DNA of 64,000 nucleotides from Alphaproteobacteria bacterium (GTDB lineage Bacteria; Pseudomonadota; Alphaproteobacteria; RF32; CAG-239): NCBI GenBank assembly GCA_045221335.1, contig JBGUWS010000019.1, positions 77,421 to 141,420 of the forward strand, read 5' to 3'. Shown piece by piece: positions 53,840 to 64,000 of this stretch (position 1 is its first letter; each line of letters starts with the position of its first letter). The notes under the pieces were generated by a model. It saw only the letters and a program-made list of their open reading frames with translations, ran no database searches and was not told where the DNA came from. The position numbers and the translations under genes were made by a program.

Positions 53840-54499
53840 TTACCTGTCGGAAAAGATGAGCAAATCCCCGTACATTTTCAAGTAAAAGGGAATCGCAGTC
53901 CCTCCGTTACAGTGTTCAACACAGCAGTATCTATCTAGCCAGGCTGGAATATCCCAATTAGGATTCGGGCGAGAGATACGGTGATAATCCAAAATCTCAA
54001 ACGTGCGCAAGACATACTTCTTATTGTCGCTGAACAGCGAAATGTCACTTTCTTTGGCCAGCCTTGCATTTGGACATTGGCCAAAGTTATCCTTCAACCA
54101 ACCTGCGATATTCTCCCATTCGATGGGTTCGTTAAAATGCTCGTCGGTCCAAGGTCTGGCGATATCCTTTGTCAGCGCCTTAAAGTGCAACATGGTGTTT
54201 TCGCCGATAACAACACCCACCAGATGCTCCTTTTCCTCTTCCAGAACATCATTTACAACCTTGTCGGTGCCGTCAGGATAGTGATACACCAAAGGCAGAG
54301 GAGCCTTGCTGCACAAAGGCTTGAGGTAAGCTTCAATATCTTCTGCTGTAAGCCCTATGGCTTTCCAATCGGCTGCCTTCTTGCAACACAGCGTGGCACA
54401 CTCATTCCATTCTCCCCTTAAAAATCTAAGATAAGAAATCAGGCAAGAGAAGGGAGGTCTTTCGTCCTCCAAAAATTTAGCTCGTTTTTTTTCTGTCAT
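53840..54499 (-). CDS. Hypothetical Cys/Trp-rich protein with GC above the background
   Basis: 219 aa ORF with own promoter and terminator; no family recognised. Confidence 0.65.
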   Translation of the reverse strand: MTEKKRAKFLEDERPPFSCLISYLRFLRGEWNECATLCCKKAADWKAIGLTAEDIEAYLKPLCSKAPLPLVYHYPDGTDKVVNDVLEEEKEHLVGVVIGENTMLHFKALTKDIARPWTDEHFNEPIEWENIAGWLKDNFGQCPNARLAKESDISLFSDNKKYVLRTFEILDYHRISRPNPNWDIPAWLDRYCCVEHCNGGTAIPFYLKMYGDLLIFSDR

Positions 54500-54547
54500 A
54501 ATAATTGATATTTAGAAATGTATGCAAATATATAAACTCAGAACCCT

Positions 54548-54576
54548 ACTATACACGTAAAAGCAAATAGAGTCAA
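54548..54576 (-). promoter_or_regulatory. Sigma70 promoter of the ORFan
   Basis: TTGACT-17 nt-TATAGT on the minus strand. Confidence 0.55.
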
Positions 54577-54607
54577 CACTGAAAATTTGGCTTATTCTTA
54601 TACTCTG

Positions 54608-56053
54608 TTAACCAACGGCACCTTCTAGCGAAATATCTATCAACTTTGCCGCCTCAATGGCAAATTCCATTGGGAGTTTTTGCATAACCTCTTTACAAAA
54701 ACCGTTAACAATCAAACTAATGGCATCCTCTTCAGAGATTCCGCGTTGCTTACAATAAAACAATTGCTCATCACTAATTTTAGAAGTGGTCGCTTCGTGC
54801 TCCAATATAGCAGAATTACAGCTATTTTCAACATAAGGAACGGTATGCGAGCCACATGTTTTACCAATGAGCAAACTATCGCATTGCGAGTAGTTGCGTG
54901 CGCCTGTAGCATTTTTGCCAACCCTAACCAAACCTCGATATGTCTGGTCGGAAAATCCGGCAGAGATACCTTTGGATATAATCCGAGAAGTTGTGTTCTT
55001 TCCTAAATGAATCATTTTCGTGCCGGTATCTGCCTGTTGGTGATTGTTGGTCAACGCAACAGAATAAAATTCGCCTTTGGAATTATCTCCCTTTAGAACA
55101 CAAGATGGATATTTCCATGTTACAGCTGAGCCGGTTTCTACTTGTGTCCAAGATACCTTTGAATTATCTCCGTCACAAAGTGCACGCTTTGTCACGAAGT
55201 TGTAAACACCGCCTTTGCCGTCTTTATCACCCGGATACCAGTTTTGTACGGTGGAATACTTAACCTCTGCATCTTTGTGGACCACAATCTCAACAATCGC
55301 GGCATGCAATTGGTTTTCATCTCTTTGCGGAGCAGTACATCCTTCAAGATAAGAAACATAGCTTCCTTCATCGGCAACGATAAGTGTGCGCTCAAATTGT
55401 CCGGTATTTTTGGCATTGATCCGAAAATAGGTGGAAAGCTCCATTGGGCATTTAACCCCCTTTGGAATATAAACAAAAGAACCATCTGTAAATACAGCAG
55501 AATTAAGTGCGGCAAAAAAATTATCCGTGTAGGGAACTACCGAACCAAGATATTTTTTTACCAACTTGGGATAGTCTTTAATAGCTTCTGAAATAGAACA
55601 GAATATAATACCTTGCTTTTTGAGCTGGGCCTTATAAGTGGTTGCAACAGATACACTGTCAAACACGGCATCAACCGCTACCACGCCGGCAAGCGCTTCT
55701 TGTTCTTTTAAAGGAATGCCCAGCTTGTTGTACGTTTCTAACAGCTTTGGATCAACCTCATCAAGACTTTTGGGCTTAGCTGTTTGTTTTGGGGCTGAAT
55801 AATAGTATAAATCTTGATAATCGATCTTATCATAGGTGACTTTTGCCCATGTCGGCTCGGTCAATGTTAACCAATGACGATAGGCTTTTAAGCGTGTTTC
55901 AAGTAACCACTCAGGTTCATTCTTTTTATGAGAAATAAGACGAATAATATCTTCATTTAAGCCTTTTGGCGCAATATCAGCATCAATATCGGTTATAAAA
56001 CCGAATTTATACTTGTCACCACTCTCGTCTTTGATTTCAGGTTTGTTACTCAT
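54608..56053 (-). CDS. sufB: Fe-S cluster assembly scaffold SufB
   Basis: [51 protein letters not shown]; likely start ATG 56053. Confidence 0.98.
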   Translation of the reverse strand: MSNKPEIKDESGDKYKFGFITDIDADIAPKGLNEDIIRLISHKKNEPEWLLETRLKAYRHWLTLTEPTWAKVTYDKIDYQDLYYYSAPKQTAKPKSLDEVDPKLLETYNKLGIPLKEQEALAGVVAVDAVFDSVSVATTYKAQLKKQGIIFCSISEAIKDYPKLVKKYLGSVVPYTDNFFAALNSAVFTDGSFVYIPKGVKCPMELSTYFRINAKNTGQFERTLIVADEGSYVSYLEGCTAPQRDENQLHAAIVEIVVHKDAEVKYSTVQNWYPGDKDGKGGVYNFVTKRALCDGDNSKVSWTQVETGSAVTWKYPSCVLKGDNSKGEFYSVALTNNHQQADTGTKMIHLGKNTTSRIISKGISAGFSDQTYRGLVRVGKNATGARNYSQCDSLLIGKTCGSHTVPYVENSCNSAILEHEATTSKISDEQLFYCKQRGISEEDAISLIVNGFCKEVMQKLPMEFAIEAAKLIDISLEGAVG

Positions 56054-56190
56054 AATTTGCCAGATTCCCATAACTAAACAAACATCTTATAAGCCATAGC
56101 TTTCTAAAAATCAAGAGGCGATTCGTGATATGTTTAACGAAATATTTAGGTCTTTGGTCTATAATGAAGAACAATAGCAGAGGAAAAACG

Positions 56191-57141
56191 ATGAAAAAGG
56201 TTATAAGTATATGGCTTTCTGTTTTACTGTTATCGGGATGCTATGCCCGAAACGGTGGTATTCCTTTGTTTAATAATCACGGGTACCATTACACACCAAG
56301 TAGTGTTGAAGTACAAAGAGGCGATACACTTTATAGCCTCTCTAAGAAGTATGAAGTTCCTTTAAGAAGTATAATTGATGAAAATGGCCTGGCAGCCCCT
56401 TATACCTTAAATGTCGGTCAGGTACTACGTCTGCCGGTTCGCCAAACATACACAGTTGCCAAAGGAGACACGCTTTATAGTATATCCAGAAAATATAATA
56501 TAGACGTAACATCGCTTAGCAAATTAAATGGTCTGAAAGAACCGTATGCCATCAATGCCGGACAAGTATTGGCTTTACCGGAAAGTGTTTCTGGTATGAG
56601 TGTAGCTAAACAAAACGAAAGTCACGGTATAACAAGCAGCTATAAATCTTATAAAACCGAGACAACACAAAATTATACAAGTGCAAAACAAGAACCAGTC
56701 AAAGTTGCCGCAGCAAATAAGCAAATTGCCAAAACTTCTTCGCGTAAAACCGTTTCAACTTATAGAAAGAGCAAATTTATTTGGCCGGTTAATGGCTCTG
56801 TCGTTTCCAATTTTGGTGCTGTGGGTAAAGGGAGAAAGAACGATGGTATAAATATCAAAGCGGCATTAGGAACAAATGTAAAAGCAGCGGATAAGGGAAT
56901 TGTGGCCTATGCCGGTAATGAACTTAAAGGATTTGGAAATTTGGTTTTGATTAAGCATGCAGATGGATACATTACAGCTTATGCGCATAATGATCGTCTT
57001 TATGTCAAAAAGGGGCAAACGGTTCTGCGTGGTGAAAAAATTGCAACAGTAGGCACAACAGGAAGCGTCAATACGCCGCAATTACATTTTGAGGTTAGAG
57101 CGGGTAAAAAGGCTGTAAATCCACGCACATACCTGCCTTAA
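56191..57141 (+). CDS. LysM + M23/LytM lipoprotein (NlpD/DipM-like amidase activator)
   Basis: LSGC lipobox, two LysM domains (GDTLYS..KKY), M23 domain (FIWPVNG, NDGINI, AYAH, LHFEVR). Confidence 0.9.
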   Translation: MKKVISIWLSVLLLSGCYARNGGIPLFNNHGYHYTPSSVEVQRGDTLYSLSKKYEVPLRSIIDENGLAAPYTLNVGQVLRLPVRQTYTVAKGDTLYSISRKYNIDVTSLSKLNGLKEPYAINAGQVLALPESVSGMSVAKQNESHGITSSYKSYKTETTQNYTSAKQEPVKVAAANKQIAKTSSRKTVSTYRKSKFIWPVNGSVVSNFGAVGKGRKNDGINIKAALGTNVKAADKGIVAYAGNELKGFGNLVLIKHADGYITAYAHNDRLYVKKGQTVLRGEKIATVGTTGSVNTPQLHFEVRAGKKAVNPRTYLP

Positions 57142-57247
57142 GATATTTTGAATAATACGGTACATAATTTTTCGTGGTAAATCTTAGAGTTTTAGGTTGT
57201 ATCACGATTTTTTTTGGCTTAAACTCGCCTGAGCAAAGTTAATTTTA

Positions 57248-57601
57248 ATGGAGAAAGATATGTTTATAACAGAAGCTATAGCAGCGACGGAAACGGCAGC
57301 AGTAGAGGCCAGTCCTATGAGTGGCTTTCTTATGCAATTAGTACTGGTTTTTGCAATCTTTTACTTTTTGCTTATTCGTCCTCAGCAAAAGAAAATGAAA
57401 GAACATGAGGATATGCTTAATGCCATCCAACCAAAAGATGAAATTATCACCGGCGGTGGTGTGTATGGTAAAGTGGTTAAAGCTGAAGACGATGTCTTAA
57501 CAGTCGAAGTTGCTGAAGGTGTGAAGATAAAAGTTTCTCGCTCATCTGTTAAGGAGAACAGATCTGCTCAACCTGTGGAAGTTAAAAACAAAAAGAAGTA
57601 A
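57248..57601 (+). CDS. yajC: Preprotein translocase subunit YajC
   Basis: FYFLLIRPQQKK, DEIITGGGVYG. Confidence 0.95.
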   Translation: MEKDMFITEAIAATETAAVEASPMSGFLMQLVLVFAIFYFLLIRPQQKKMKEHEDMLNAIQPKDEIITGGGVYGKVVKAEDDVLTVEVAEGVKIKVSRSSVKENRSAQPVEVKNKKK

Positions 57602-57612
57602 GAGAGAGATAA

Positions 57613-59157
57613 ATGTATAAGCTATCATTACAAAAAATAATCATAATTTTAGCAATATGTTTGGTAGGCATTTTCTATGCGGTACCAAACTTTGTTAAAA
57701 ATGCAAAAACAACTTTGCCATCTTGGTGGCAACCGGTTAATCTTGGTTTGGATCTACAAGGCGGTTCAAGTTTATTGTTAGAAGTAGATTTGGACGCCGC
57801 ATTAAAAGATAGAATGCAGAGTTTAGAAGATTCTGCTCGTATGGCCTTAAAGAAAGTACGTGTTCGCTATCAAGGCATAAAATCCGGATCGGATGGATTA
57901 AGGGTTCAAATAGAAGATGCTAATGCTCGTTCTAAGGCTATCACACCATTGCGTAAAATGGATGATGGTTTAACAGTGGCTGAAAAAGACGGTGCTTTAG
58001 TTGTGACATATGATGAACAAGCCTTAAATCAAATAAAGAGCAAGCTGGTTGAACAATCTATTGAAATAGTTCGCAAACGTATTGATGAGTACGGAACAAA
58101 TGAGCCAATTATTCAAAGCCAAGGATATGGCAGAATTTTAGTACAACTTCCAGGTATTCAAAATCCTGAAGAAGTAAAGGTTTTACTCGGTAAAACAGCT
58201 AAAATGACTTTCCACCTGGTAGATAGTTCCACCACACCTACAGAAGCCAGAAGAGGTAAATTAAAGAGTTCATCACGTATTATACGTGGCTCTGCTGGTG
58301 AACAATATGTTATTGTTAGAAAACCGGCTGTTGGCGGTGAAACACTGACGGATGCCAGCGTATCTTTCCAAGATGGTGCGGCTGCTGTTAGCTTTAAGTT
58401 TAATAACTTAGGTGCAGAAAAATTTGGTGAAGTAACCAAAAATAATGTTGGAGAACAATTAGCAATTGTTTTAGATGACGAAGTTATTTCTGCCCCGACA
58501 ATTCAATCTGCCATTACAGGTGGTTCTGGTGTTATTACAGGTAATTATACATCAGAAAGTGCCCAAGAATTAGCCCTCTTGCTACGTTCTGGTGCTTTGC
58601 CTGCTCCGTTGAACATCTTAGAAGAAAGAACAGTTGGTGCAGGTCTCGGTGCTGATAGCATAAAAGCAGGTGTGTTTGCTTCTATCATCGGCTTTATCGG
58701 TGTTCTTATCTTTCTGTTGTTGGCATATGGTTTGTTTGGTTTGTTTACTTCAATCACTGTATTCCTAAATCTGTTTTTAATGTTAGGTGCTTTGAGCTTG
58801 ATTGGAGCAACATTAACATTACCTGGTATCGCGGGAATTATCTTAACAATTGGTATGGCTGTTGATGCAAACGTTTTGATTTTTGAACGTATGCGTGAAG
58901 AAGTCAAAAACGGTCGCTCAATTAAAGACGCTATTGAAACAGGTTTCTCTTTTGCCTGGGGAACAATTTTTGACTCAAATCTAACAACAGTTATCGCCGG
59001 CGGTGTTTTATTCTGGTTCGGTAGCGGTCCGGTTAGAGGTTTTGCTGTAACTTTGATTATAGGTATTTTGACCTCTTTGTTCACATCCGTTACAGTAACT
59101 CGCTTAATTATCACAGCGTGGTACAATCGTTTCAAACCAAAAGCATTACCGATTTAA
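57613..59157 (+). CDS. secD: Protein translocase subunit SecD
   Basis: LGLDLQGG, GALPAPL, TLPGIAG, GMAVDANVLIFER, DSNLTT. Confidence 0.97.
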   Translation: MYKLSLQKIIIILAICLVGIFYAVPNFVKNAKTTLPSWWQPVNLGLDLQGGSSLLLEVDLDAALKDRMQSLEDSARMALKKVRVRYQGIKSGSDGLRVQIEDANARSKAITPLRKMDDGLTVAEKDGALVVTYDEQALNQIKSKLVEQSIEIVRKRIDEYGTNEPIIQSQGYGRILVQLPGIQNPEEVKVLLGKTAKMTFHLVDSSTTPTEARRGKLKSSSRIIRGSAGEQYVIVRKPAVGGETLTDASVSFQDGAAAVSFKFNNLGAEKFGEVTKNNVGEQLAIVLDDEVISAPTIQSAITGGSGVITGNYTSESAQELALLLRSGALPAPLNILEERTVGAGLGADSIKAGVFASIIGFIGVLIFLLLAYGLFGLFTSITVFLNLFLMLGALSLIGATLTLPGIAGIILTIGMAVDANVLIFERMREEVKNGRSIKDAIETGFSFAWGTIFDSNLTTVIAGGVLFWFGSGPVRGFAVTLIIGILTSLFTSVTVTRLIITAWYNRFKPKALPI

Positions 59158-59176
59158 TTGGATAAGGAATAAAAAA

Positions 59177-60112
59177 ATGACTATGTTAAAATGGATAACA
59201 AAAGATACAACTATTAATTTTATGAAGGCACGCAAGTTAACCTGTGTGCTCTCACTAACATTGATTATTTTATCTTGTTTGAGTATGTATTTCAAAGGGT
59301 TTAACTTTGGAATTGACTTTTCCGGTGGTGTGCTTATGGAAATCAAGTCTCCTAAAACCATCAATGTAGAAGAAATTCGTTCTAAGTTGAGTGTATTAAA
59401 GTTAGATGAATTAAATCTCCAAACCATTGGTGAAGCTGGCGATGAATTGATGATTCGTGCTCAAGCGGAAAATGCAAATGAAGAGGCTCAAAGAAAAGCA
59501 GTGGTCGATATTAAAGAAATTTTGGGTAATGAATATGAATACAGACGTGTGGAAAATGTTGGTCCGCAAGTAGGTAACGAGCTCAAAATGGCGGGTATCA
59601 TTGCTTCTGTTTTGGCAATGATGGCTATCGCAATATATATTTGGATCCGATTTGAATGGCAATTTGCTTTAGGAGCATTAATCGGGTTATTCCATGATGT
59701 GATGGTTACAGTTGGTTTATTATCATTTTTCAGATTTGATTTTAGCTTAACAACAGTTGCTGCTATCCTGACACTTGTCGGTTATTCAATTAATGATACC
59801 GTTGTTACTTACGATCGTATCCGTGAAAATTTGAGAAAGTATCGTAAAATGCCTCAACTTGATTTATTAAATAAGAGCATCAATGATATCTTTTCACGTA
59901 CGATTTTAACAGGTCTAACCACATTGATTGCTGTTATTCCGCTATATTTTTGGGGCGGTGATGCTTTAAAGAGCTTCTCCTTCACAATATTAGCCGGGTT
60001 AATCATTGGTACATATTCTTCCATTTATGTTTGTACAGCTTTCTTAAATTTGTTTGATTTACGAGCCGTTGAACATAGAGATGAAGGAAATTACTTTGGT
60101 ACCATTGGCTAA
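59177..60112 (+). CDS. secF: Protein translocase subunit SecF
   Basis: GIDFSGG, VGPQVG, HDVMVT, GYSINDTVVTYDRIRE, GTYSSI. Confidence 0.97.
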   Translation: MTMLKWITKDTTINFMKARKLTCVLSLTLIILSCLSMYFKGFNFGIDFSGGVLMEIKSPKTINVEEIRSKLSVLKLDELNLQTIGEAGDELMIRAQAENANEEAQRKAVVDIKEILGNEYEYRRVENVGPQVGNELKMAGIIASVLAMMAIAIYIWIRFEWQFALGALIGLFHDVMVTVGLLSFFRFDFSLTTVAAILTLVGYSINDTVVTYDRIRENLRKYRKMPQLDLLNKSINDIFSRTILTGLTTLIAVIPLYFWGGDALKSFSFTILAGLIIGTYSSIYVCTAFLNLFDLRAVEHRDEGNYFGTIG

Positions 60113-60139
60113 GTAATTTTTACATAAAAAACTCAGTAA

Positions 60140-60168
60140 TAAATCCCCACCATTTGGTGGGGATTTTT
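60140..60168. terminator. Terminator after secF (bidirectional)
   Basis: AAATCCCCACCA-TT-TGGTGGGGATTT inverted repeat followed by TT. Confidence 0.85.
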
Positions 60169-60185
60169 ATGGTTATCAAAAATAG

Positions 60186-60440
60186 TTAGTTATAAATTCT
60201 ATTTGCGGCAAATTTTTGTTTTTTAAGGCTCTTTTGGGTAATATGGCATACATCCAATGATTCTTCACAAGCTCTCTTAAATACTTCCTCTGCAAAGGCC
60301 ATCTTAGCAACATGAGTAATAAACAGAGGACGCTCTAATTTTAATTTTCCCAGTGTTTCTTCCAGAGCTTCAAAACTATCGTAAATTGTTCCAACAAAGA
60401 TCATATTTTCACTTAATTTATCTTTAATCGCTTTATTCAT
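60186..60440 (-). CDS. Small hypothetical protein (about 84 aa)
   Basis: ATG 60440 after a GAGGGA RBS; converges on the secF terminator. Confidence 0.5.
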   Translation of the reverse strand: MNKAIKDKLSENMIFVGTIYDSFEALEETLGKLKLERPLFITHVAKMAFAEEVFKRACEESLDVCHITQKSLKKQKFAANRIYN

Positions 60441-60553
60441 CTCATCATCCCTCATAAAAATAAAACCAAACATTTATGAAGTATGAAATATAATCTTTTT
60501 TTAAAGCTCTTAATATTGCTATATTGACAACGGTTTCAGATAAATAAAAAGTT

Positions 60554-60751
60554 TCAGATTATAAATTTTCGATTAAGCTGTTCGCTATGATGCTGTTTAA
60601 TGCCATGCGAAACGGAGACGAAATGTTTTTTGTGCCAAGTGTCAATAACCATATCAATAATTTCATCATTTCTATCAGAAGAAGATGTGCCATGAAATCG
60701 GTTGGCTAAATCATAAATAACATAATTAGCAATGTTGACTTTATTCATCAT
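60554..60751 (-). CDS. Small hypothetical protein (about 65 aa)
   Basis: ATG 60751 after a GGAG RBS; His-rich C-terminus. Confidence 0.45.
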   Translation of the reverse strand: MMNKVNIANYVIYDLANRFHGTSSSDRNDEIIDMVIDTWHKKHFVSVSHGIKQHHSEQLNRKFII

Positions 60752-60895
60752 AAAAACTCCCATAAATTATATCCGTAATATAACTCATTGTTTTTATGAA
60801 ATAAAGGTTTATAAAACTAATGTCTATGTTTATAAAAGAAAATATCTTCTGGACAGCGCATTTTACATCAAAAGTTCTATACAATCACGTAAAAA

Positions 60896-62353
60896 CTATC
60901 CCAGTTTCTTTCTTAGCAGTTCGTTGACCATTTGTGGATTGGCTTTACCTTGAGATTGCTTCATCACTTGTCCGACAAACCATCCCATTAAACCGACTTT
61001 ACCACCACGATAGGCTGCGACATTTTCTGGATTCGCCGCCAAGATGCCATCTACAACAGCTTCAATAGCAGAAGTATCTGTTACCTGCTTTAAGCTTCTT
61101 TCCTCTACAATTTTTTCAGGATTTTCACCGGTTTCCACCATAATGGCAAAAACATCTTTTGCTGTCTTACCGTTGATTACTTCTTTTGTAATTAACTCAA
61201 CCAAAGCACCAAGATTTTCCGCAGATACAGGGGATTCTTTTAATTCTAGCTTCTTTTCATTAAGCATAGCAAAGAAATCACCCATCAACCAGTTGGCAAC
61301 CTTCTTTGCATCATGTCCTTTAGCTGCTTTCTCAAAAAAGTCAGCAACCTCTTTATTCTCACAGATAACCATAGCATCATAAGGGGTTAATCCAAGCTCG
61401 CTGGTAAAACGTTTTTTCTTTGCATCAGGTAGTTCCACCAGTTCATCCTTAATTTTATTGATGTATTCGTCTGTTAAGATAAGCGGTGGCAAATCAGGCT
61501 CCGGAAAATAGCGATAATCATTAGCAAACTCTTTTTTGCGCATAAATTTCGTAATTCCATTAACGGAATCAAATTGGCGGGTTTGCTGTTCCATAATTTC
61601 CCCTTTTTCGTACAGCTCAACTTGGCGTCTTGCCTCAAATTCTATGGCCTGCATAACAAATTTAACTGAGTTAACATTTTTAACTTCTGCGCGCGGACGC
61701 AATTCATCAGAACCAAGCGGACGAACAGAAATACTGGCATCGCAACGCATCGAGCCTTCATCCATATTGCCATCACATGTGCCAAGATAACGAACAATAG
61801 ACCGAAGCTTCTTTAAAAAAGCACCCGCTTCCTCCGGTGAACGAAAATCAGGTTTTGTTACAATTTCCATTAATCCGACACCGGCACGGTTTAGATCAAT
61901 ATAGCTTTTATTTGGTGACATATCATGAATAGATTTACCAGCATCTTGTTCTATATGCATACGTTCAATGCGTATGGTCTTTGTTTTTCCATCTGGTAAA
62001 TCAATATCTACAGCGCCTTCTCCTACGATTGGATATTGAAATTGGGTTATTTGATATCCTTGCGGTAAATCTGCATAAAAGTAATTCTTACGCGAGAATT
62101 CAGAATGTTTATTAATAACCGCATTTAAACCAAGACCTGTTTTAACAGCTTGATGAACACATTCTTCATTAAGTGTAGGTAACATACCGGGCATGCCGGC
62201 ATCCACAAAGGATACATTTTCATTAACCTCATCGCCGAATTCTGTTGAGGCACCGGAAAATATCTTTGATTTAGAAATAATCTGACAATGGATCTCTAGT
62301 CCGCAAATAACTTCCCATTTCCCTTTTTCTGTTGCTATAATATATTCAGACAT
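60896..62353 (-). CDS. gatB: Asp/Glu-tRNA amidotransferase subunit B
   Basis: GLEIHCQ, RKNYFYADLP, HIEQDAGKS, DLNRAGVGLMEIV, DYRYFPEPDLP. Confidence 0.98.
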   Translation of the reverse strand: MSEYIIATEKGKWEVICGLEIHCQIISKSKIFSGASTEFGDEVNENVSFVDAGMPGMLPTLNEECVHQAVKTGLGLNAVINKHSEFSRKNYFYADLPQGYQITQFQYPIVGEGAVDIDLPDGKTKTIRIERMHIEQDAGKSIHDMSPNKSYIDLNRAGVGLMEIVTKPDFRSPEEAGAFLKKLRSIVRYLGTCDGNMDEGSMRCDASISVRPLGSDELRPRAEVKNVNSVKFVMQAIEFEARRQVELYEKGEIMEQQTRQFDSVNGITKFMRKKEFANDYRYFPEPDLPPLILTDEYINKIKDELVELPDAKKKRFTSELGLTPYDAMVICENKEVADFFEKAAKGHDAKKVANWLMGDFFAMLNEKKLELKESPVSAENLGALVELITKEVINGKTAKDVFAIMVETGENPEKIVEERSLKQVTDTSAIEAVVDGILAANPENVAAYRGGKVGLMGWFVGQVMKQSQGKANPQMVNELLRKKLG

Positions 62354-62355
62354 TC

Positions 62356-63810
62356 TTAAATCCTCACAAAATTTGCACCGCGTTCCAATTGATATGCCGT
62401 CTTAAAGATTGTTCCTTCATCAAAAGCTCTGCCTATTAATTGCATGCCAAAAGGAAGCCCATTTTTTGATAAACCTATAGGTAAACTTATTGCCGGTAGT
62501 CCTGCCAAATTAACTGAAACGGTAAAAACGTCGTTAAGATACATATTAATTGGATTTTCAAGCATTTTTTTATCACCAATAGCAAAAGGTTCAAACGGGC
62601 TTGTCGGAGTTAAGATAATATCGCACTTTTTGAGCGCTTCATCAAAGTCATTTTTAATTAAACGACGAACTTTTTGTGCCTTCAAATAATATGCATCATA
62701 GTATCCGGCAGAAAGCACATATGTACCGATAAGAATACGTCTTTTAACTTCCGCGCCAAAACCCTTTGTACGTGTATTGATATAAAGCTCATCCAAGCCA
62801 TTACCATTAACGCGGTTACCATAGCGAACACCATCATAACGTGCCAAGTTTGAGGAAACCTCCGCCGGAGCGATAACGTAATATGTTGGCAAGGCATATT
62901 TGGTATGAGGCAAACTAATAGAAACAATCTCAGCACCTTGTGCTTTAAGAATTTCTGCTGCTTTATCCCAATAAGCCGATATTTCAGGATTTAACCCTTC
63001 TGGACGATATTCCTGAGGAATACCAACTTTTAAACCTTTAATATCCTGCCCGATAAATGAACTAAAATCTGGAACGTCAATTTTGGATGAAGTGGAGTCT
63101 TTTTCATCATACCCGGCCATACTATTTAAAAGAAGTGCGCAGTCTGTGACATCTTTACAAATAGGACCCGCCTGATCCAAAGAAGATGCAAAAGCTATAA
63201 TTCCATAGCGAGAACACCGACCATAAGTTGGTTTAATTCCTGTAACACCGCAAAATGCTGCTGGTCCACGAACAGAACCTCCGGTATCAGTTCCGGTAGC
63301 TGCTGCACACATTTTAGCTGCAACAGCCGCTGCAGAACCTCCGGAAGAACCCCCAGGAACGAGTTTTACCTCTTTACTGTAAGGATTAACCACAGGACCA
63401 AAACAACTTGTTTCATTACTGCTGCCCATAGCGAACTCATCTAAGTTTAATTTACCTAAAAAGATGGCACCATCATCAAGCAGATTTTGCGTAACAGTAG
63501 ATTCATACTGTGGTATAAAATTATCAATGATATGAGAGCAAGCAGTTGTGCGAATGTTCTTTGTACAGAACAAATCTTTAATACCCAAAGGAATTCCATC
63601 TAATGGAAGGTATGAGCCATCAAGGTATCTCTTTTCAGATTCTTTTGCTTTCTTTAAGGCAATATCCGTTGTTATTGTAACATAAGCATTATATTTTTTA
63701 TTATCATCCATTTTAGCAATATAAGCATTTGCCAACTCAACAGGGGAAATTTCTTTGCTTCTGAGTTTTTTAAGTGATTCATTAATGGTTAGGTCTGTTA
63801 AATTTGTCAT
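62356..63810 (-). CDS. gatA: Asp/Glu-tRNA amidotransferase subunit A
   Basis: [35 protein letters not shown]; likely start ATG 63810. Confidence 0.98.
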   Translation of the reverse strand: MTNLTDLTINESLKKLRSKEISPVELANAYIAKMDDNKKYNAYVTITTDIALKKAKESEKRYLDGSYLPLDGIPLGIKDLFCTKNIRTTACSHIIDNFIPQYESTVTQNLLDDGAIFLGKLNLDEFAMGSSNETSCFGPVVNPYSKEVKLVPGGSSGGSAAAVAAKMCAAATGTDTGGSVRGPAAFCGVTGIKPTYGRCSRYGIIAFASSLDQAGPICKDVTDCALLLNSMAGYDEKDSTSSKIDVPDFSSFIGQDIKGLKVGIPQEYRPEGLNPEISAYWDKAAEILKAQGAEIVSISLPHTKYALPTYYVIAPAEVSSNLARYDGVRYGNRVNGNGLDELYINTRTKGFGAEVKRRILIGTYVLSAGYYDAYYLKAQKVRRLIKNDFDEALKKCDIILTPTSPFEPFAIGDKKMLENPINMYLNDVFTVSVNLAGLPAISLPIGLSKNGLPFGMQLIGRAFDEGTIFKTAYQLERGANFVRI

Positions 63811-63814
63811 TGTT

Positions 63815-64000
63815 TTACTCCATAACCTTAGGAACGACAAAATAATCAAATTCTTTTGCCGGAGCATTAGCTAAAATTTCTTGCGGATTATGTCCTGCAG
63901 TAATTTCATCTTTTCGCAAAACCAAAGAACTATTGTTAACAGAAGTTAGAGGTTCTACTCCTTCAGTATTAATTTCGTTAAGCTCATCAACCCAAGCTAA
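63815..64000 (-). CDS. gatC: Asp/Glu-tRNA amidotransferase subunit C, 3' part
   Basis: Manual translation: [21 protein letters not shown]...LRKDEIT...ILANAP...YFVVPKVME*. Confidence 0.93.
   Translation of the reverse strand, partial: LAWVDELNEINTEGVEPLTSVNNSSLVLRKDEITAGHNPQEILANAPAKEFDYFVVPKVME

Noticed and set aside
56134-56148. CtrA-like box TTAA-N7-TTTA upstream of the LysM/M23 gene
   Set aside because: One mismatch to consensus and expected by chance in AT-rich DNA; it cannot be supported without genome-wide statistics.
56800-57141. Missing first zinc ligand in the M23 domain (NDGINI instead of HxGxD)
   Set aside because: This is the established state of NlpD/DipM-type LytM activators, not a novelty.
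58545-59135. 196 aa antisense ORF over secD, and similar shadow ORFs (15153-15578, 53981-54421, 55244-55591, 61044-61382, 8781-9134)
   Set aside because: They lie opposite well-supported genes, lack motifs and RBSs, and reflect codon bias of the true strand.

Overview
AT-rich chromosomal segment of an alphaproteobacterium. The assignment rests on conserved gene neighbourhoods: rluD-rpoH, an fzlA-like GST, plsY-dprA-topA, pyrH-frr-uppS-cdsA-rseP-bamA-lpxD-fabZ, nlpD-like gene-yajC-secD-secF and gatCAB. HydG, glycogen phosphorylase and class II aldolase suggest an anaerobic fermenter, possibly a gut RF32/Rhodospirillales-like lineage (inference). Most of the window is housekeeping; I saw no rRNA, CRISPR array, integrase or transposase. 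The main anomalies are: (1) an apparently domesticated gene cluster at 13.3-20.7 kb in which a lone VirD4/TraG coupling protein follows four uncharacterised genes, including a paralogous pair of WHFDI membrane proteins (one fused to a NERD-like domain) and a protein with 8 LDxF repeats; (2) an AcrB-type RND permease fused in frame to an outer-membrane factor that keeps an internal lipoprotein signal; (3) intact sucC/sucD-like ORFs lacking the catalytic His and Glu, translationally coupled to suf genes; (4) a MinD/FlhG homologue with a degenerate Walker A and a minimal PopZ-like gene; (5) a decayed accessory patch next to tRNA-Ser(GCT) holding a phage polyvalent-protein fragment, a frameshifted ART-like gene and a clostridial-type TM1266-hydG pair; (6) an ankyrin gene split by a single base in a T7 run.
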